This document shows positions 62,792 to 64,000 of a DNA stretch of 64,000 nucleotides, one piece after another. Both the position numbers and the translations under genes were made by a program. The notes beneath the pieces were generated by a model. The model made no database searches. It was not told where the DNA came from and saw nothing but the letters and a program-made list of their open reading frames with translations. Positions within the stretch are counted from its first letter, which is position 1. Each line of letters begins with the position of its first letter. Origin of the DNA: an uncultured delta proteobacterium (lineage in GTDB: Bacteria > Myxococcota > Myxococcia > Myxococcales > Anaeromyxobacteraceae); contig CAWJSR010000035.1 of the NCBI GenBank assembly GCA_963845515.1, positions 57,236 to 121,235 on the forward strand. The letters run 5' to 3'.

Positions 62792-64000
62792 GTGAGCGCC
62801 CATCCCGACGCCAACGCTCGACCCGCCCCCGACCCCGAGCTGGTGACGTTGCGCGGTACGTCGCTGGCCACCCCGTCGAGAGCGCGGAGGCGATCGACAC
62901 CGCCCGGCGCTGCCTCATCGACTCGCTCGCCTGCGCCCTCATGGCCCTGCGATTCCCCGCCTGCACACGATTGCCGGCCCGATCGTCCCCGGCCCCGGCG
63001 ACCGCGGCGCTGTCCGAGTGCCGGGCACCCCGTTCCTGCTCGACCCCGTCAAGGCCGCCTTCGATACCGGCACACTCATCCGCTGGCTCGATTTCAACGA
63101 TACCTGGCTCGCAGCAGAGTGGGGGCATCCATCAGATAACCTCGGCGCCATCCTCGCCGTCACCGATTACCTCGGACCGCACCCGGCAACGACCGCTGAC
63201 CATCGGCGACGTGCTCCGCGCCATGGTCAAAGCGTACGAGATCCAGGGCGTGCTCGCCCTCGACAACAGCTTCAATAGGGTCGCGCTCGATCACGTGATC
63301 CTCGTCAAGGTCGCGAGCACCGCCGTGGCGACCCACCTGCTCGGCGGAGACGAGACCCAGATCATCAACGCGCTCTCGCACGCCTGGATCGATGGCCAAC
63401 CGCTGCGCACCTATCGCCACCCGCCCAACACGGTCTCCAGAAAATCGTGGGCAGCCGGAGACGCCACCAGCCGCGCCGTCCGCCTCGCCCTCATCTCCAT
63501 GCAGGGCGAACCGGGATTGCCCGCGGCGTTGAGGCGCCGAGGTGGGGATTCTACGACGTCCTGTTCCGCTCGCGCCGCTTCGCCTCCAGCGGCCGTACGG
63601 CTCCTACGTGATCGAGAACGTGCTCTTCAAGGTCTCGTTCCCCGCGGAGTTCCACGCGCAGACGGCCGTCGAGTGCGCATTCGCACTCCGCCCCGCACGT
63701 CGCGGTCGCGTGGACCAGATCGCACGGGTGGAGATCGCACGACGAGGAGCCGGCGATCCGGATTATCAGCAAGACGGGGCCGCTCGACAACCCCGCCGAC
63801 CGCGATCACTGCCTCCAGTACATGGTCGCCGTCCCGCTCCTCCAGGCGCCCTGCTCCGCCGAGTGTTACGAGGACGGACTTCGCCGCGATCCCGCGATCG
63901 ACGCCCTCCGCGCGAAGATGCACGTCGTGACCGAGGAGCCACGATTCACCGCGGCCTACTACGATCCGGACCAGCGCGTCATCGGCAACTCCCTCCAGGT
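62792..64000 (+). CDS. prpD: 2-methylcitrate dehydratase (partial, multiple frameshifts)
   Basis: [71 protein letters not shown] and DRDHCLQY. Confidence 0.9.

Overview
This is a GC-rich window whose gene content suggests a myxobacterium (Anaeromyxobacter-like); that assignment is inferred, not proven. Its centre is a cobalamin locus with two near-duplicate promoter + cobalamin-riboswitch cassettes. One drives cobU-cobT. The other drives a gapless 18-gene anaerobic-route operon: cbiMQO-cbiX-D-C-ET-L-G-H-[cbiF-cobA fusion]-cobO-cbiA-cbiB-cobD-cobQ-cobS-cobC. Between the two cassettes lies an uncharacterised lipoprotein with tandem His3Cys motifs and a very long charged repeat tail. The flanks carry central-metabolism genes (pyc, gdhA, a succinate-semialdehyde dehydrogenase, sdhCAB, prpBCD) and several Fe-S/flavin oxidoreductases. 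They also carry an ABC1 kinase, a PAS-PAS-PAS-GGDEF protein with a 384-bp internal duplication, hflX, a FabMG-like enoyl-ACP reductase, a TetR/twin-flavodoxin module, a PD-(D/E)xK protein and a truncated DUF222-type element. Many conserved genes are split by single-base indels, most likely long-read consensus errors. Highlights: (1) riboswitch 1 appears to control a 19-aa leader ORF that is coupled to cobU and homologous to the N-terminus of CbiM behind riboswitch 2; (2) the His3Cys/repeat lipoprotein; (3) a PreT-PreA-like fusion whose FMN barrel is reduced by in-frame deletions. No rRNA, tRNA or CRISPR array was seen.
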